DNA from: Spirogloea muscicola
Lineage: Eukaryota
Direction: 5' to 3'
Assembly: GCA_009602725.1 (NCBI GenBank)
Contig: WELB01000010.1
Location: forward strand, 818,965 to 882,964
DNA: 64,000 nucleotides
The notes below the pieces were generated by a model. That model did no database searches, was not told the origin of the DNA, and was given only the letters and a program-made list of their open reading frames with translations. Each line of letters opens with the position of its first letter. Within the stretch, counting starts at the first letter, position 1. Made by a program: the position numbers and the translations under genes. Below, one piece after another: positions 63,216 through 64,000 of this stretch.

Positions 63216-64000
63216 GCCCAAACACAATGGACAATGTCCAAACCCAAAAGACAAAATGACTACACTACAAAACACGAGACGATGCAGTTGGAAGTTCAGT
63301 ACCCGCGAGGAAGAAGGACGCTTCCAGGACGCGCGGTCCGCCTGGCGGCCCCGGGGCAAGAGAGAAGGGCTCGCCCATTGAGGATCAGGGCTGGGTAAAG
63401 CCAGCCCAGAAAAGGATGAACAAAGGGCGAGAAGGGGGCCAGGGGAAGTACGAAGAACAAGCACTAAAACGAAACGAAGCAGCTACGAAGCACTCAGTAA
63501 CCCCTGCTACGCAACCTCAGGTCAGAGAGACTGGATTCCTGGAAGAGAGAAGGGCTCGCCCATTGAGGATGGGGGCTGGAAAAAGCCAGCCCAGAAAAGA
63601 ATGAACAAAGGACGAGAAGGGGCCAGGGGAAGTACGAAGAACAACAAGCACAGAAAAGAAGCGAAGCGGCTACGAAGCACTCAGTAACCCCTGCTAAGCA
63701 GCCTCAGGTCAGAGAGACTGGGTTCCTGGAAGCGGTTCCCCTGGCCAGAGCCAGAGGCAGCAGCGAGGGCTCTGCCTGCACGCAGGTGCAGCGCGCGGGC
63801 CATAGACAGCGAGGGCAAGGAGCGCAAGTACGCGGACCACCCTGCTGGTGATGAGTTTGCGGCACTGGCGATTGATTTGCACGGGGCTTTCGGCGGTCGC
63901 TGGCTGGATCTCCTCCAGCGGCTTGCCCGTTAGGCCATTGCCCGGCGGCCGGGTCAGCCAGGGGCGCTGCCCGGCTTCAAGGCGGCCGGCACGCTAGGCG
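63215..64000. mobile_element. Stacked 3' ends upstream of the long element (minus, 63215-63805) and a plus-strand RLE fragment (63805-64000)
   Basis: Tandem 3'-end copies at 63361-63545 and 63547-63735. The + strand encodes KERKYADHPAGDEFAALAIDLHG. Confidence 0.8.

Noticed and set aside
60991..63381. Long alternative-frame and antisense ORFs over the GC-rich element (also over ESS2, ZIP and NDUFA5)
   Set aside because: Low-complexity shadow ORFs caused by stop-codon scarcity. Parts merely carry frameshifted pieces of the element ORF.
1..64000. tRNA, rRNA, snRNA or SL-RNA genes as element targets
   Set aside because: None recognised by eye. tRNAscan/Infernal would be needed to exclude them.

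Overview
This is eukaryotic, intron-rich DNA with three N-gaps next to GC/GCC-rich tracts. It is most consistent with a streptophyte green alga. That is an inference from plant-type housekeeping genes, two VPS10/sortilin genes and U12-type introns. Host genes read by eye: VPS10-domain receptor (3' end), ESS2/DGCR14, TAF1A-like, ATG7 (apparently mis-joined to a USP Cys-box fragment), tRNase Z-L, a second VPS10 receptor, a small TM protein, cytosolic pyruvate kinase, a ZIP2-like transporter, SPCS2, NDUFA5 and GPN2/QQT1. Almost every large intergenic space is filled with a radiation of CRE-like non-LTR retrotransposons (zinc fingers, RT, CCHC, restriction-like endonuclease). There is one near full-length decayed copy at ~58.9-63.2 kb plus dozens of short 3' fragments. 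These elements lack poly(A) tails and their ORF ends in a conserved ...SDLxxLTRGY* peptide. They carry a 3'UTR stem-loop whose stem co-varies between families, end in CTTCT-like pyrimidine tails, and are stacked head-to-tail and tail-to-tail. Also seen: a Ty1/copia remnant with inverted copies on both flanks, three U12 introns (two AT-AC), and a perfect 28-nt intron/exon inverted repeat in pyruvate kinase. Family assignments come from motif recognition, not database searches. Exon boundaries are manual, and element boundaries are approximate.
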